In this document: positions 1 to 22,489 of the stretch, piece after piece
Position numbering within the stretch: the stretch's first letter is position 1
How the letters are laid out: each line of letters starts with the position of its first letter
NCBI GenBank assembly: GCA_040954595.2
Contig: CM082583.2
Location: 8,244,849 to 8,308,848 of the forward strand
DNA length: 64,000 nt
Direction: 5' to 3'
Origin: Balanoglossus misakiensis
Taxonomy: Eukaryota; Animalia; Hemichordata
The notes under the pieces: generated by a model
Told to the model about the DNA's origin: nothing
What the model saw: only the letters and a program-made list of their open reading frames with translations
Database searches by the model: none
Position numbers and translations under genes: made by a program

Positions 1-3000
1 CTAAAGGATATGGGTGAGTAGCTGTGGGTGTGGGTGTTGAATCAAGGTGGTGAGATTAGTAGACGGATGAGATTTTGATAGAAGTTTTGAAATAATGAGC
101 AGTGTATCAGTAAACCACGGTGAATCAATAAATGGATTTCTGTGTCCTGTGCGAAGGTTGATATCAGAAGAGATGACAAGGCTGTACAACCACGTCAGTC
201 AGTTGGAGTACCACCTGGTAGCTGCTGGTATCTTAGAGGACAACGGACTACAAGAACCCATCCATGTACTTAGAGACACGCAACACAAAGTGGATGATGC
301 CAAACAAGTGCTTGTCAAATTGACAAGGTTGGCTGCGAGGAGGTAAAATATATATGCGTATTGCTTTTTTTCATCCATCCTTTTTGAAGTTAGTTGTCAT
401 TGCAGATTTTTATTGTCAGTGTTGAGAAGGTTATGATTGAGTAGACCTGCATGTATATATGTGTAAATGTGATGTGTTTCTTCTGATTTGTCCACAGGAA
501 ACCTCCCTTGAAAGAGTCTGGTTGGAGGCAGCTGTTGAAGAACTTGCTTCAGCTGCAACAGAAAGTGTACAACTGTGTGGCGCCGCACATATGCTGTGAA
601 GTGAGCATTGGAATTGAAACAGATTTGTGGTGTTAGGTCTTGTTGAGTTTGGTGCACTGTTGTGCGATGTATTGATAGTTTCCTGATTGTATTTTTCCTA
701 GGAATAAGCATGGGCCTTACTATGTCTTCAGTTTCATCATGTAAGAATTATGTTCATCTGTCTTGTAGATTTTCACCGAGAGCTTACTTGGTTCGGAAAA
801 ACCCGAGAATTTCAAACTGGCGGGAGAGATGATGGTGTGTAGCAGATCAGAGAGTGATGCTACAGGGAACAGCAGAGGTGGAATCTTACACAGTGCCATG
901 CATACAGAGAGCAGAGTACCTTATGAGAGAGCAGTAGAACTTGTGCTGAGTGCTGCCAAGGAGTATTTCAATTCATCAGCTGATTTGAATGATCCATGCA
1001 TGCTCTTAGCAAGGTAAGTGTTCAACATATCAGGCATGTAATGAGAAACAGTATGTTATTGATGAATACAATTACAATGGACAGAATGTATAAAAACATT
1101 ATATAATGATTGTAATGCAACTTTTATCTAACTTATCTTGTAGGGATTGCTTAAAAGTGATTAAAGACAGACCAGCTAGCATACGAGCTGAGTTGGATTT
1201 GATTAAAGCTATCCCTCTGGTTGATGGTTTTGGAGTCAATATCTTACCATTGCAAGGTAAACCTTTAATAAAGTTATCGCCAATCTTATGAGATGAGGGG
1301 CTACTGTTAAGCAAGTTTTAAAACACCACAATATATGGTATTTGGAAGTGCAATTTCTTATTCCGAGTTTTAAAGCGTGCATGAAACACATTTTATGTGG
1401 TCAGATGAAGAATTTGCCTTTGTATTGATTGAGATAATATTGAACTTTTAGTACAGAGTACAGAGTGTTAGTGTTTGAGTTATAATTTGAGGAAGACGTG
1501 ATCTTATAATTGCTTACAGTGAGATTGTGTGAAGATCGGATAGACTTGATCATCAAAGCTCTGCAGTCAAACAATAAGGCCTATAGGCAGAAAACTAAGG
1601 TAAGGTGTTTATGTAATGTGTCTCATAGTACCATCGTGGTCTCGTACACTATATGTCAAGAAGTATTTTTCATTACTGTACCTAATAATACATTTTAGTC
1701 CTATCTATGTGTCTGTCTATATAGTGTTGCTGATATTAAAAATGTGGATAAAAATTTGAATTTATTGGTTGTGTTTTTTCTTTTACACACAGCTACTTGA
1801 ACTAGCCAAACTACTACGTGTCTCTGGTGAGAATGAAAATGAGAGAAATGGTAGAGTATTGGTGTTGATAGCTGAATCAGCATTAGAGGTAATTAGAAAA
1901 TGTACAATAAATTCTTGAAAGAAAATGGAGTTTACAACTCACAGGAGCTAAAAAGTAAAATGTGATGACCGCATCACAGGATATTAATTCTAATGCTACA
2001 GTTGTTGTTTTGCGTGCAACATAATAAAATTTTCCTTGTCTTGTCAATTTTTGTAGGTCCGCGATTTTAGAGGAGCTTGTCAGATTTGTTCTGATCTGAT
2101 GAGTCAGTGTTACCAACCCGCCTGGGCTGTCTGCAAACAGTTAGGGGAGTGTGAAGATTTCAAAGATCTTACAGAAAGGTAAAATGATGGAAGCATTATA
2201 ATACAGTGTCTGCATCTGTCTGTGGTGTATTTCACGCGTTCTTGTAGAGAATGATACAGAACACTTCGATCAGATTGTCAAATTAGTTTTGAAGTCTGCA
2301 AAAATTCATTGGACATTTTCTTGTAATTTTGCTTGCAGGAGGGCACTGCTGTCCTTTGCTTTAACCTATTGTGATGCTGATGTCATAGAAACACTGATGA
2401 AATCCAGGAGTCTGTTAGAAACCCAGGTCAGTTTTATTTTGTTTGACAATTCACGGAAAGATGTCGCAGAGTCAAAATAAAAACAGTCAGTAAGAAATTG
2501 CAGAACAGTTCATACCTGGTGCCATTGATCAAAATATTTTACTATTGGTTCCAATGATGTAATATTCGTTATCGACAGATTTTGTACCAGACGTTGGACA
2601 TCCATAAGGAAACAAGTATTCAGAAAACAGAAGAAGAAAATACAGCAAGTGAAGAACAGGTACATGCAAGCCAAATGATAAATTGTCAAATGAAAATGGT
2701 TTCAGTGTTGTATCATGTACATATCTGAGTGAGAAGTGATAAAGTTACATTGGCATATTTTTGTTTCTTCTCCTTTTTGCCATGGATAATAATACTATGT
2801 GTACATGTATCTTCAGGGATGAACCTGGTTTTGCTAAGTCAGGTTACAGAATACAGTGCATATACTGTTAGCAACGATGAAAAATATATTATGCAACAAC
2901 AGACTCTCAATGCTTCTCTTCCGAAGGCCGAGATGTACCGTAGTCCCCTGCAGAAGACAAGAGCCGTGACCAGGGACGTGTTGGCCAACACCACCGTGAC

Positions 3001-6000
3001 CACAAAAGCCGTGCTGGCAACGGTCAGTGACAAACAGTGGTGGAAAAACACTCTGCAGTGGATGAGACCGCTTGGTCACAACACAGCACAGACCGACCAC
3101 GGAACTGAGAATTCCGGAATGGAGAGGCAAGGCTGTCATCCGTTTTATGAGACGGTGCTGAGTGACCCACATGTCAGCCAGGTATGAGTGTGTGTAGACA
3201 CCTGTGTTTTGACAGCAGAATGTGCCGTAATTTGTTGTGACAGTTTTAATGTTTATTTGTCTTTGAAGAGATGTGTATATACAAATTTTTCAGGTACAGT
3301 GAATCTGTACCTGTATTACCCCTAAAGATTGTTTTGCTGAATTCTAATGGACATGCTGGTTTGTTTTGCAGACTGACATGAATTACGGTAAATTCACCTC
3401 TCAGTCCAACAGCGGTGCCACAGTGCAGTTCTTGAGTCATTCCCTGCTGAGAACCGGTAAACTGGAAGAGACCAGAACGGAAGGGGTCTCTGAACAGCCG
3501 ACATCAGAAGGTGAGTTAATGCAGTCATTACAGAAAAAAGGTACATGTATGAATAAAAAACATGAAATGAAAATGTTGCATGCTGCGAGGCCAACACTTG
3601 TACACGTGTCATAGATTTCCAATCTTTATTTTCCAGTGTTATTGGAATTAGCCAGGAATTCCATTACTGAAGACACCTTGATAGCTCTTGGATATCTGCT
3701 GGCTCTGCCACAGGTATGTAATTAACATTCAGAGAAAGTCATTGCGATCCCGACAGAAATTGCCCCTGCAAGTCACAGGTTATCCTAATGTTGATATTTC
3801 ACCCAGAGTTACTGTAATTTCAATAAACAGTATGGACAATGTGATTTTTAGTTCTTTGGATATGCGACATCAATCAAATCGTACCATCATCTGAAACATT
3901 GTGTTTTTTCAGCCGCAAGATGCTGAAGAAGTGTTGGAGAAGTTGCCACGCACTGCAGTGTCCTTACAACTGGCCGCCTACTACTATGCACTACAGATTT
4001 ACACCATCCTGAACCCCACTCAGAGCTCAGACGTCAACAACCTCTACCTCCACTCCCCCAATGAGGTCATCGATGTTGTCATCAGTCATGTGACCAGCCA
4101 GAGCAATCCTGATTGGTCGGAACCTGTGAAGTCCTTGGTGCCATTATTGCAAAATTATGTCGAGTTGTTAGCTGATTTTATGCAGGGCCAGATGTTACAG
4201 AGTTTGGGACGAGGTAATACTTGTCTAGATTTGGGCATTATTTGTCGGTTTCAACAGCTCAAATGATTTATGAATATTTAGTAAGAGATACATTGTGTTC
4301 ATTTGACAGGAGTGGATGTGGCCAGGTTTACCAGGGATAACGACTACAAACAAGAGACTATTGTAGGTCTGGCAATGTAAGTAAATCATCATGAATGACA
4401 TCATAGGCCCGCCAGTGGGTCAGTGCGCTAAGGAATAGGGCACTGCATTTTTAGTGGATCTGTATGTGCAAACACACACGAGTGAGAATTTGGTACTACA
4501 CTATTTTCACAGTGTCTTCACAAGTTTCTGCATGTGTTTCTGTTTTCAGGACTCCAGAGACTGAAGTGTTTGAGATTTCTGTGTCTCTTGCCAAACGCTA
4601 TGGTTTATCCCTGTGGGAAGTCTACATGACACACCTGGAGTTTCTGTTCTCGGAGAGTGGGTAAGTTAAAACTTCGCTGGTTTAAAGGAAAGAAATCAGA
4701 AATCAGTCTTGTATCTATCAGTAATGTTGCTTGGTGCTAGGATGGTTCGTACCACTAGTAATCTGTTTTACATGTCTAATACTTTCAGAAGATCTTCACC
4801 CAGAACAGATTGCTCCAGACTAAATATGTACATGTAGTGATATCAGTGATCTAGACATGTGACATAGTGTTTATTTTCGACTGTCTCTTCTCGTCACTGT
4901 AGGCTTACAACCAAGGAGCTTGAAGAGCGAGTCAAATCTCTCGGAATCCTACCGACCCTTGTGACCGACTCAGCCAACTTTTACCAAAGGAGCAGGATGT
5001 ACATTTATCCAAGTATAGAAGGCGCCGACCACTCAAGGCTGGTGTATTACTACACTTTGCTCGACAACTGTGATGCCAACGATATCACTGAGGATATGAA
5101 GCCAGACTTGCATCTCAAACTACTCAAGAAAATTAAATCAGCGATGCCAGGTGAATGGAGTTCATTGTCTTTGGTTTGACATGAACCATTGTGTGCAGTG
5201 AAATGTATATTAATCAAGGATTTCTTTTGTTCATAGGTCTGGATTATGTTAGATTAGTTAATGGCGAAGATAATCCACTGGATGTAATCCTGCCAGGATT
5301 GCAGAGTAGCAATGTTCACGTCATGGCCAAACTTGCAAACAAGATACCAGATCAGGTGTGTATACTTTGCCTGTGTTATATGATTGTTCCCTTCACCTGT
5401 AAGACCCCATGATGCATTCATGAATTTAAGAAGTTCACACGTTTTGTAAACATAAAAGACACTCTTTGTTGCTATAATGTTTTATTTCTTTTATTTTGTT
5501 CCAAGCAGAAAAGGGGAGGATTTTTGTCACCCAGTTCAGTGTTCTCTGTCTACACTCAGAAATTGTTCTGGGAAGGCGACCAGAGTGCCAAGAAAACTCC
5601 TGAAACAACTGTGAGTTCTCTTTTATTAATTATTTACACATTTTAAAGAAAGTAATCTTTTAGAAATGTACATGTTGTGCTCATCAAGTGAACAAATATT
5701 TCAAAGCAAGGCAATCTTGATGCAAACAAATAAATGCATCAAAAGTGTACTGAATCAGTAGAAAAAAATCACTAACCAGTACACAAATATATTCTGTGAT
5801 TTCCGGATTAAATTAGCATGTCATCTTTCTCTCCATTTGCAGGCAGACTGGCTGCATCGATACGAAGCCTGTCAGGAATTCTTCCCCAGACTTACAGCAG
5901 CTGATTTCCTCATTTTCATCGACAACATCACATTTACCCAACAGGTACTGCAAATGGTAAGTTGACTTCTCGGCCACATGGCCATCTTTTCTCCAGTGTT

Positions 6001-9000
6001 GCCAGTCACATTGTCTTCTGTGGAATGTGTGTTCCCTTGAGGATTTAATAGAAGGCTGTACTGTAGTTTATGGTCACATTAATAAAAATTGTATATTGGA
6101 GAAGTAAAAAAATCACCTGTCCACAGCTGTCCGACGACTGCCGATGCGACATCGTCAAAAGAGCGCTGAAGTTTGCAAGACAACAGAGTGGAAAACAAAA
6201 GCAACAAGATGACAATGGAGATGTCAGCTTCGAGGATGTCGTGGTGCATCTACAACAGTCACAGAGACATCTAGAATCTCTGAAAAGTGATTTTATCTGT
6301 GATTTGAAGAGTTCAGAGCAGGTTAGTGTATATCCCAACCAATCATTTCTATTCAGGAGGCTAATCTTTGTTTGAAAAATTAAAGGTAGCGCAGTTAGCT
6401 AACATGAAAATCCTGCTGTCTCATCTTTCAGAGAAAGGATAATGAGTATATGGTGGAATATGATTTGTCGAGGGCTGAACAAGATAAGGTAAGGGTATGA
6501 AGACTATTGCTTCAAAGTCTCTGAATTTACGAGAATTCTGGATTCAATAAAAAGTAATCATGAAAACTGAACGCTAATTCATTGTACTTTTGCTACTGAG
6601 TATTCTGTGCTGTCACATTGAAATTTTATTTTTCTCAGCTGAAGATACTTTCCCAGAAGATGGCCTTAGAGGGTGTCTCTGTAGACATGATACATCAACT
6701 GTTACAGTTGTCTCCAATAGAAAAGTGGAGACCATTAACGGTCTATCAGGAAGCCATAGACAGTGTTGAAACAGATTTTAGGTGAGCTTTATGATGATAT
6801 TAATTGTGTGAGAATTCTTAATATTGCCAAATCAATTATTAACAACAAGCATACACTTGTTGAAAATTCACTTTATTCCCCGTTTCAAAATTGTCTGAAT
6901 CTTTTTCCAGAACAAGTAATGCTCCATCAACATCTGGTGACTCGAAGCCTGAACCGTTTGATCTGTTGAAGAATATGATTCATTCTATCAGTGATCACAT
7001 CCAAGAAGGGTAAGTCAGTGATCAGAACAATTCAAAATGTATAATTCTTTGGATGAATATTGTTGAATGCCATAGCTCAACACTGCTTATAATTGGCTCT
7101 TTATTTGTCAGTGGCCATGCAAAGTACACTGAGAATTTTGTTGTTGTTTTCACAGTGGGACTTTGATCAAATCTGATGACATCATAGGACAGCTGAGACC
7201 ATTCTGTGCAGACATGAGCGTGGCCTTGAAACCAAGAATGGATATTCTGCTTCTACTTGAAAAGGTAAGGAATGGAAATGAGTAAGGAAGTACCAGAATT
7301 CCACAATTTGTGTGTGTATGGGTTGGTTGCTTTCAAGGGGAACATTGGTGTTATAGAAAACTGTCCATTATATTATGTGTATTGTGAGGGTTTATCATTC
7401 ATTTTTACAGTGAGAACTTCATTTTGAGGTGATGTGAGATCACACCTTTCTCCACAATTTCTCTGTCCCTACTTGGTGTGCTTTCTGGTCATCCTCATTG
7501 TCATCTCTTTTCTTATATTTCACTGTATGTCTTCCTGTGATTGTCTTGTCTGTTTTCTCTTTGTGTCTAGTATTCTACAACTGTAAAGGTAGGGTATCTC
7601 TACCAGTTCTTCAATCCTCTCTTGCATGCAGTGTGATTTTAGTGGAACATTGTGCAGCGCATCTCTCTTGCAAGCCTGACTACTCATAATCATCACTCTG
7701 GTATTTTCACAGACTTTTTCATTTGATCAGTGTTTGAGTGTTTGAGTCACATAACAGGTATTTGTTTCCTTTGCAGTCGTTTGAGTTGAGCGGCGAGGAC
7801 CACGAACTGTTGCTCTACTACAGATCAGATGCTGTGGTGGCCACTGCCTGGCAAGATTACACAGTAAGTGTGGGGACTTTTCTGCTTTCGATGACTGCTC
7901 CAGACTGCACACATGGGCACATTTGACCTGCAGGGTAATGAGTTCCCTAGCTCTCATAAATTACAGCAGTGATCACTATGTTTTATTTCAGTTACACCTT
8001 GACGACGTACGTACAGACGAGAGACGGCAAAGTACGTTCAAATCTCTGCTGGAATGCAGCTCAGGGATGGAACAATTGCTGGCACTCAGCACACTGCTGC
8101 AAACATGGCCCCAACTTAGCAGTATGCAAGAATTGTAAGTCTCGTGTTTGATGTCCATAACTGTTAGGTGTAGGCTCCATTTGCTTTCAATAGACCATTT
8201 TCCGAGATATGACTAAAGCTACATGTGGAGAGTACAAATTATGCTAAAAATGCCAATTAAATGTCTAGTCTTGTCTCAATGACAGTACCAGCAGTCCTGC
8301 AGAACACCCGTGGGTCCAGTTGCTGGTTGCCATGGTGACATGCAAGGCAAACGAAAACAGTGGAGAAGAAGTGGTGACAATCTTGAAATGTCTGCAGCCG
8401 TCTAAACCACTCAGCAAAGAGGTAATCAAGTGGATTGCAGGCTGATTGGCCTAAGCATGTGCAAAATAATCATTTCGATGGTGACACAAAATATGACATA
8501 TCATAAATTATAATCGTATAAAGGGGAAAAATGACATATGTGTAAGTAGTATCCTTGCTTCGTACTTTGGTACAATTTGTTAGAGATTTGGATTGCTGAT
8601 CATCATACTGTTCTTGTTTTTGACCTCTGACCTTTTCCTCCGCAGTGTATACAACATATATATGAATTAATGCTGGCTGAGAATCAGACCCTTCCTGCAT
8701 TGAAAACCATACTGCTGACAGAATACGAAGATTTATACCGAGAGGCAGTGGACATTATGCAGAATTCAGAGAAGGTATGTACCCATCATAAGTGTAATAT
8801 CTGTGCAAGAATAAGGTAGCATGGATTTTTGAATAGTTGAATTTATGAACATTTGGGCCATCTTTCAACTCTCAGATATTGTTAACATCTTCCAAATGTT
8901 GTTTTTGTTTGGCAGCTTGATGCAAGTGGCTATGATGAAGAACTCTTCCAGTTCGTATTGGACCGCGGTATTGGTGCCGACTTGGTCAACTCTCAATATT

Positions 9001-9200
9001 ATCCTCCTCTATTTGAATACCTCCTGGCCAATCAGGACGAAGGAACCAAGTCACATGTCGAGCAGCTGGCCAATCGCCTGCAAGAGGCTGGGTATGACAG
9101 TGAGGCTGGTAGCTTGTTATTGGCTCACAGAGGAACACACTCGGCTCTCAGAACTCTAGATGCAGCACTGGGTGTTGTAACAAGATGGTTTAAGAAATAA
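1..9200 (+). CDS. NBAS: NBAS (neuroblastoma-amplified sequence, NRZ tethering complex subunit); multi-exon, 5' part lies outside the window
   Basis: GT-AG exons splice in frame to NBAS-like peptides: YERAVELVLSAAKEYFNSSADLNDPCMLLAR, LGYLLALPQ, SLQLAAYYYALQIY, SLWEVYMTHLEFLFSESG, IYPSIEGADHSRLVYYYTLL and the C-terminal EAGSLLLAHRGTHSALRTLDAALGVVTRWFKK. Stop TAA at 9198-9200; AATAAA at 9226. Confidence 0.93.
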
Positions 9201-9934
9201 CAGATTACCTGCATTGAGCTGTCAGAATAAAGCATTGTATAAAGACTCAGAAATAATCATCAAAATAACATTTTTCTCTCCTTGAGATATGTCAGCTGGA
9301 TTAACACTGTATTGTAAATTTATTGCCAGTACATACGCATTAGTTTCAAGAATTAAGATAGTCATACAATTCATCCATTGAAATGGCATTTAGACCCCAA
9401 CGCACAGAGTGCTACTCCGTAGAATGCAAAGAATGTAATAGACAACACTACAATCATGAAAACAATGGTAATTGCGCCTCCAAATATTAATAATACGCTG
9501 TGTTATGTTTGCATGTATGCATAAGAAAGAAGTATCTATTTGAAACAAAATGTTCAGAAGTCTTAATTTGTTTTCCAGAGTTGTGATTTGCAATATGTAA
9601 TATATTTTATGTATAAAAAATCTTTATGATTTATTAGGTTTACCAAAAATATTCACATTACTTTCAAGATCACCCTGAAGGGGTTGGTAAGCAAAATCAC
9701 CATGCTCTTTGAAGGAAGAGTAAGTTTTTATTAGTATATGTTACTAGTATTTACAAAATATCTCGTTGTAACTTTCCCAAGAGTAAGATTAATTGGGAGT
9801 TCCAGCTCTTATGATAATTGTTGTGATATGGTATCAGTTATACCACCTACTGCTCAGTGTATAAGAATATAATAAAGTTTTAAAAATTCAACAAAAATCG
9901 TCCACATGAATTTATTGAGGAAACTTTAGCCTTC

Positions 9935-10082
9935 AGTTCAAAAAGTTTGGTGACGTCAAGATTTCCGACGCTTGGTGGCGAAATTTCTTTCCTCCAGTTA
10001 GTTGTTTACTGACTTTTGTAAACAGGAAGTTATGGTAAAGGTCACCCGGATGTGATTCGCTGTCCCGCGATTTTCAAGCAAG

Positions 10083-10090
<8 letters not shown>
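9935..10090 (+). promoter_or_regulatory. Putative SMC5 core promoter (CpG-rich)
   Basis: TGACGTCA (CRE) at 9951-9958, ETS-like CAGGAAGT at 10023 and CCGGATGT at 10046, E2F-like TCCCGCG at about 10063, and YY1-like AAGATGGCG overlapping the start ATG. Motif matches only. Confidence 0.5.
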
Positions 10091-18053
<7,963 letters not shown>

Positions 18054-18927
18054 AATGGACTAGACAGATGTTTGATTCAGCTCATACTGAAATGTTTGTT
18101 GGAGGATACGTGTGTCTAATCGTGCTGCCCAGTATTTGACATAGAGTAGTGTTCTCAGTAGATAGAGTTCTTAACATATATACATGCCTGCAGGGGTCTT
18201 TTTTATGTCTCTTGAACCTCTTTTTATCATTCAACTCGTTAATTAATATGCATTTACTACCCGTTTTGAGGTTTATTTTCTTGGAGTGAAACAATTTTCA
18301 GATAATAAAATAAGTTGGCGTTCTTAGGGTTTCATCAATTCCTTCCCCAGGATCAGTGGGCTGGGCTTTGTGAAATTAAACTCTCCATATCACAGATTTA
18401 TAGCGTATTTAGTTGACCTAAACCGTGTGTGCGCGTGCCTGAAATAGATTAAAACCACAAAATACAATTTAAAAAATAGTAATAACATACGCAGTCATTC
18501 ACCTAGGCAGTAAAATCTTTATTACATACAGTCGTTAGAATATATTGGTTATAAATGTACAATGTACCTGTATTATTTTGATGAGGTACCATGCCTACAC
18601 AAAACACTGATGACTTGACAGAAAAAGAGAATTGTCTGTGTGGATGAAAGAGTACATTTGTAAGTGCTTAATAACAATATAGGTATTACATAAGGTCACT
18701 TGTCAGCAACAAGGAAGGCGCTGTGTGTTTGTTTTGGCCTAGGTCCTTTTTCTTTGTGTTACTCATACAGCTACTCTGCAATTCCATAGACTGTACCGTC
18801 TCATCTTTGACCTGCACAAAACTGAACAAGAACTGGTGTCACTGAAGCTGCAGAGATCATCCCAATGTCTGAATTGATTTTCCAACGCAACACATTCCCA
18901 TCTTCACAGCCTAGAGGCTTTTAGCCT

Positions 18928-19784
18928 TCACAAAGCACCGGCATCTTTGAGCATGACTTCCAGTTTGCCTTCTCGGTCGTACTGAGTGGTCTCCGACCCT
19001 CCACCGATGAATTTTTTATTTATGAAAACCCTGGGAACCTGTAAAGATAATGTAATGTTACAGGAGTTTGCAAACAGTGCAGTGTTCCCCAATATACCTT
19101 GTATCATTGAGGGTTAATGTACAGCATGCTAATATCTCCCCCCCCCCCTTTTGTGTTACCACCAATCAAAGGAGCAATGCACATCGATGAGTTTGCAAAA
19201 CACGACAATGCAGGGGGCGATTGCGACATATCTGGCAGATTAATTTCTAGGTAAGCCCCATGTTCTATTTCTATGGATTTGTACCTTTCAGCATAGGGAT
19301 TAATCTCAATTTTATCTGAGAACACGTCCTCACGTGAAGGAAAACTCCGAAGAATCAATATGCAGCCATAACCCTCCATTCCCATAGTTGAACGTGACCT
19401 ACTTAAATACAATTTTTACAGTCCCATGTGAATAGAGTTTCTTACCGATGTGCCACCAGTCAACTTTTCCATGTAGGCTTGAATTTCCTGGCAATCATCC
19501 CTGTCTTCAATCTCAATAATATCCAGACTGTTGATCTTGTATTTGCCAAGGGCTTTCTTGGCCATCGTACAGTACGGGCAGTAGCTCTTCGAGAAGACCA
19601 CCACCTTGCTGCCTTCGAGTTTGGCGTCGACGAATGCTTTACCCTTGGACATTATATCGTAGTTGTGACGAAATCGAATTAGAAAAGGGAATCTGCTGAT
19701 CGCAGGTGCAGCCGCAACAGGAGATCGAGTAAGAGTGAAGCTTGGTACAGCTTTGAGGACGGGCCTGATGAAACTGCAAGTCAT
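18928..19784 (-). CDS. Dithiol glutaredoxin (CPYC, GLRX1/2-like) with an N-terminal extension; exons 19784-19446 and 19038-18928
   Basis: VVVFSKSYCPYCTMAKKAL...LTGGTS|VPRVFINKKFIGGGSETTQYDREGKLEVMLKDAGAL*. CPYC active site, cis-Pro SVP and GG motifs; phase-0 GT-AG intron. Confidence 0.95.
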
Positions 19785-20302
19785 TCAGCTACAATTACTA
19801 TGAAGGTCACGACGCGACGGTTACCAGTATGTAAATTTTGAGGGTGTGGGGGCGCTATTCACACGCGCGCGTTCATACCGTCATCGATGGTTGATTGCGT
19901 CGTAGTTGTTACTGAGTTACGCATTTATTTGCTTGACACATGGTCAGCCCCGATGTAATTACCTAAACTTTAAGCAAAGGAACAATCGATTGCGCACGGG
20001 GCTGAACAAATATAGTCTCAACAACGTGTTTTTTTTTAATTCAAAAGTACTCCGAAATGAATACAATCACTACTGAGTTCTGTAGCTGTCAACATCTCTG
20101 ACAGTAGGTCTCATGGGTCTGTTAGCATGCGTTGAGTACATTGACGGAGATATTGAATACGAAGTGCTAGTATGTTACAAGTAAATTATCCCCTATCAAC
20201 GGGTTAATGGGAAACTATTAATAAACCATTACTTTCCGTATGTATATTCAAACAGTTTCATAGCTTTCCTATACTGAAAAAAAATTGAGTCTGAAAGTTT
20301 TA

Positions 20303-22489
20303 TTATTTACTTTGTACAAAACCAGGTGGTAGGCCTATGGGTTTGAGTTCTATATGTCCCTGGTTCTCCGCCGAGCTCTCTGTTGCGGCCGTCTCGTTAT
20401 TATTCGCGTTGGGTGACTGCCCATCCAAACACTTTGTCGCGTCTCCATTCCCATCGTGCCCCACTCCCTGTGACATGGCCCACTCGTGCAGGGGTGTGTA
20501 GCCGTGGTCCATCTTGTACTCGGACCCGACTAGCGATATCTTCGCCCACGACTGGCGCACTTTCTCCCAACTTCCCGGGTCTTCGGATCTCAGGAGTTCC
20601 TGTCCGAAGAACGCCTCCAAGGAGGTCTGGACGCGCTCTTGGGCATCCTCCTGTGGTGAGATGTTTATAACGCAAAGAACCGTTATTCAATTTTTTGATC
20701 AAGACATCACGAATTGTGGCCAGCAAAGAGACGTGGGGGGGGGGGGGAAGTTGTCTCACTATTTCACACAGGGCTAAAAAACATCAACACAATGGATGTA
20801 TATCCTGCACGATGATAGATTTCTTATCAATTTGAGATATCTTCAGGTCATTTTATAAACCGTTGTTCTGTTGCATGTGAAAAAATTATTTTTCAAAAGC
20901 ATCGGGACATTTCCTGTGTCATAGTTACCCCCGAATGAATCGACCCTAGCTCTGCTTGCTTACCAGAGACTTTGCGACAAAGGCCTGTCTTTCGACGTCC
21001 TTATAAACTTCGGTATACTTCAGGTGTTCGTAGGTGTGTTTACTGCACATGCGCCACAGGCAGAGCACGACCAGGAGCAGAAGGCTGGATCCCGCCAATA
21101 TAACCCATCCGATGTTCTGCGACAACGCTTTGTCAGACTCATGCAATTTCGGGGAGTCCTCCCCTTCTTCGCAGACTGCAGTACTCATTGCGCACGAGTA
21201 ATAGCTGATGGTGCAGTACAACATTATTTTAATTTGACAGTTTTTGACAACAGAAGGAAACTAACCATGTTTTGCATTTTCTGTGTATTTAGGCCTAATG
21301 AATCGACAATTTTTCTGAACAATAGACTTCTGAAAGTAAACGGTTTAAAAAAAAACAAGTTTTATTGTAACTATAAACGTTGCCGTTTGACTAAGCAAAA
21401 CTCGAGATATAATCATTCAGAGAAACTATAAACTTACATCGATGCCATGAAAGCAATAAAGATCCAAGCGACAGCTCCCAGTGACGCCTGACACGAGACT
21501 TGAAAAAGGCCATAGCAACCACCGTCACACGATTCTCTGAGTTTACAGAATTCTGTACATCCCTTTGGCGCTCGACAGCATCCGGTGACCACTTTCCAAG
21601 TTTTGTTGTTTACCAGAATACCTGGAGAGACCAAACAAAACGAATTCACCTGTTGTGTTAGAAAGCACCCATGTGCTGTGAAGGGTAGGGGTTTATGATT
21701 CATTTGAAATTTTGTTGGAATTCCATATTGCAAACGGATTATGTCCAGTATCTTTGATCAGCAGTTTGACCAAAATGGTATAGGTGTGCATTCTGACTCT
21801 ATCTCCATCTTGAATTTAGTTGAGGGTAAGGAAGATATTTTTCATTTATTAATATCAAAGAAGATATTAATAGCTTTTATGATTAGGTGTGGGCCCGGGA
21901 CCGGGTCTAAAGTACATCTATAGTACGTTACAACAGAATGTCGTAAAAAGACTCATTTTAACGGACCTATATGCGACAAAATTTGACAACTGTGAAATTG
22001 AAATGAAGTTTCCAAATCTTGCTAATAGTTTTTGTTCAAGGTTTCGATGGAACTGTGGCAGTTGCTTGTGGCAACGACAAGGAAGCAGTATTCGGATGAA
22101 ACAAATTATACCGTGACGAAACAGTTTTAGAACACAAACTTATTCTACTTTTCGAAATAATAAAAAGTAACATCACTTGCAAAACTGTTTTCGCTTTGTC
22201 TGTGGTTAGAATTATTAGCAGATGCTTATTGGCATGTACAGGGACCAAAATATGAAAGCTTGTGCTAGTACATGTACTGACCGATGACGTAAAGGGTTAA
22301 CGCTGGTCCCAGTATAAACATCCATGAATAAAAGCTCCGACTTTGTGGGTCGCAGGGACACTTGAACACGATGACTTCAAAGACCGTCTCACCGCCGAAG
22401 ACAATTAATACAATGATCAGGTTCTGAATGGAATTCTTGTTCTCCAACAGCAAGTCCAGAAGTCGCCGAAATGTACCGCCACTCGCCAT
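20303..22489 (-). CDS. CALHM-family (calcium homeostasis modulator) large-pore channel, paralog A; exons 22489-22282, 21621-21438, 21204-20964, 20650-20303
   Basis: Four hydrophobic segments; FKCPC motif; GPALTLYVIGILVNNKTWKVVTGCC; YYSCA; ALSQNIGWVIL; C-terminal YTPLHEW (compare CALHM YSxLHxW). Splice phases are consistent. Confidence 0.88.

Noticed and set aside
18895-18935. SECIS-like AGGCT-AAA-AGCCT hairpins after the glutaredoxin TGA
   Set aside because: The stems are only 5 bp with no SECIS geometry, and the active site is CPYC with no internal TGA.
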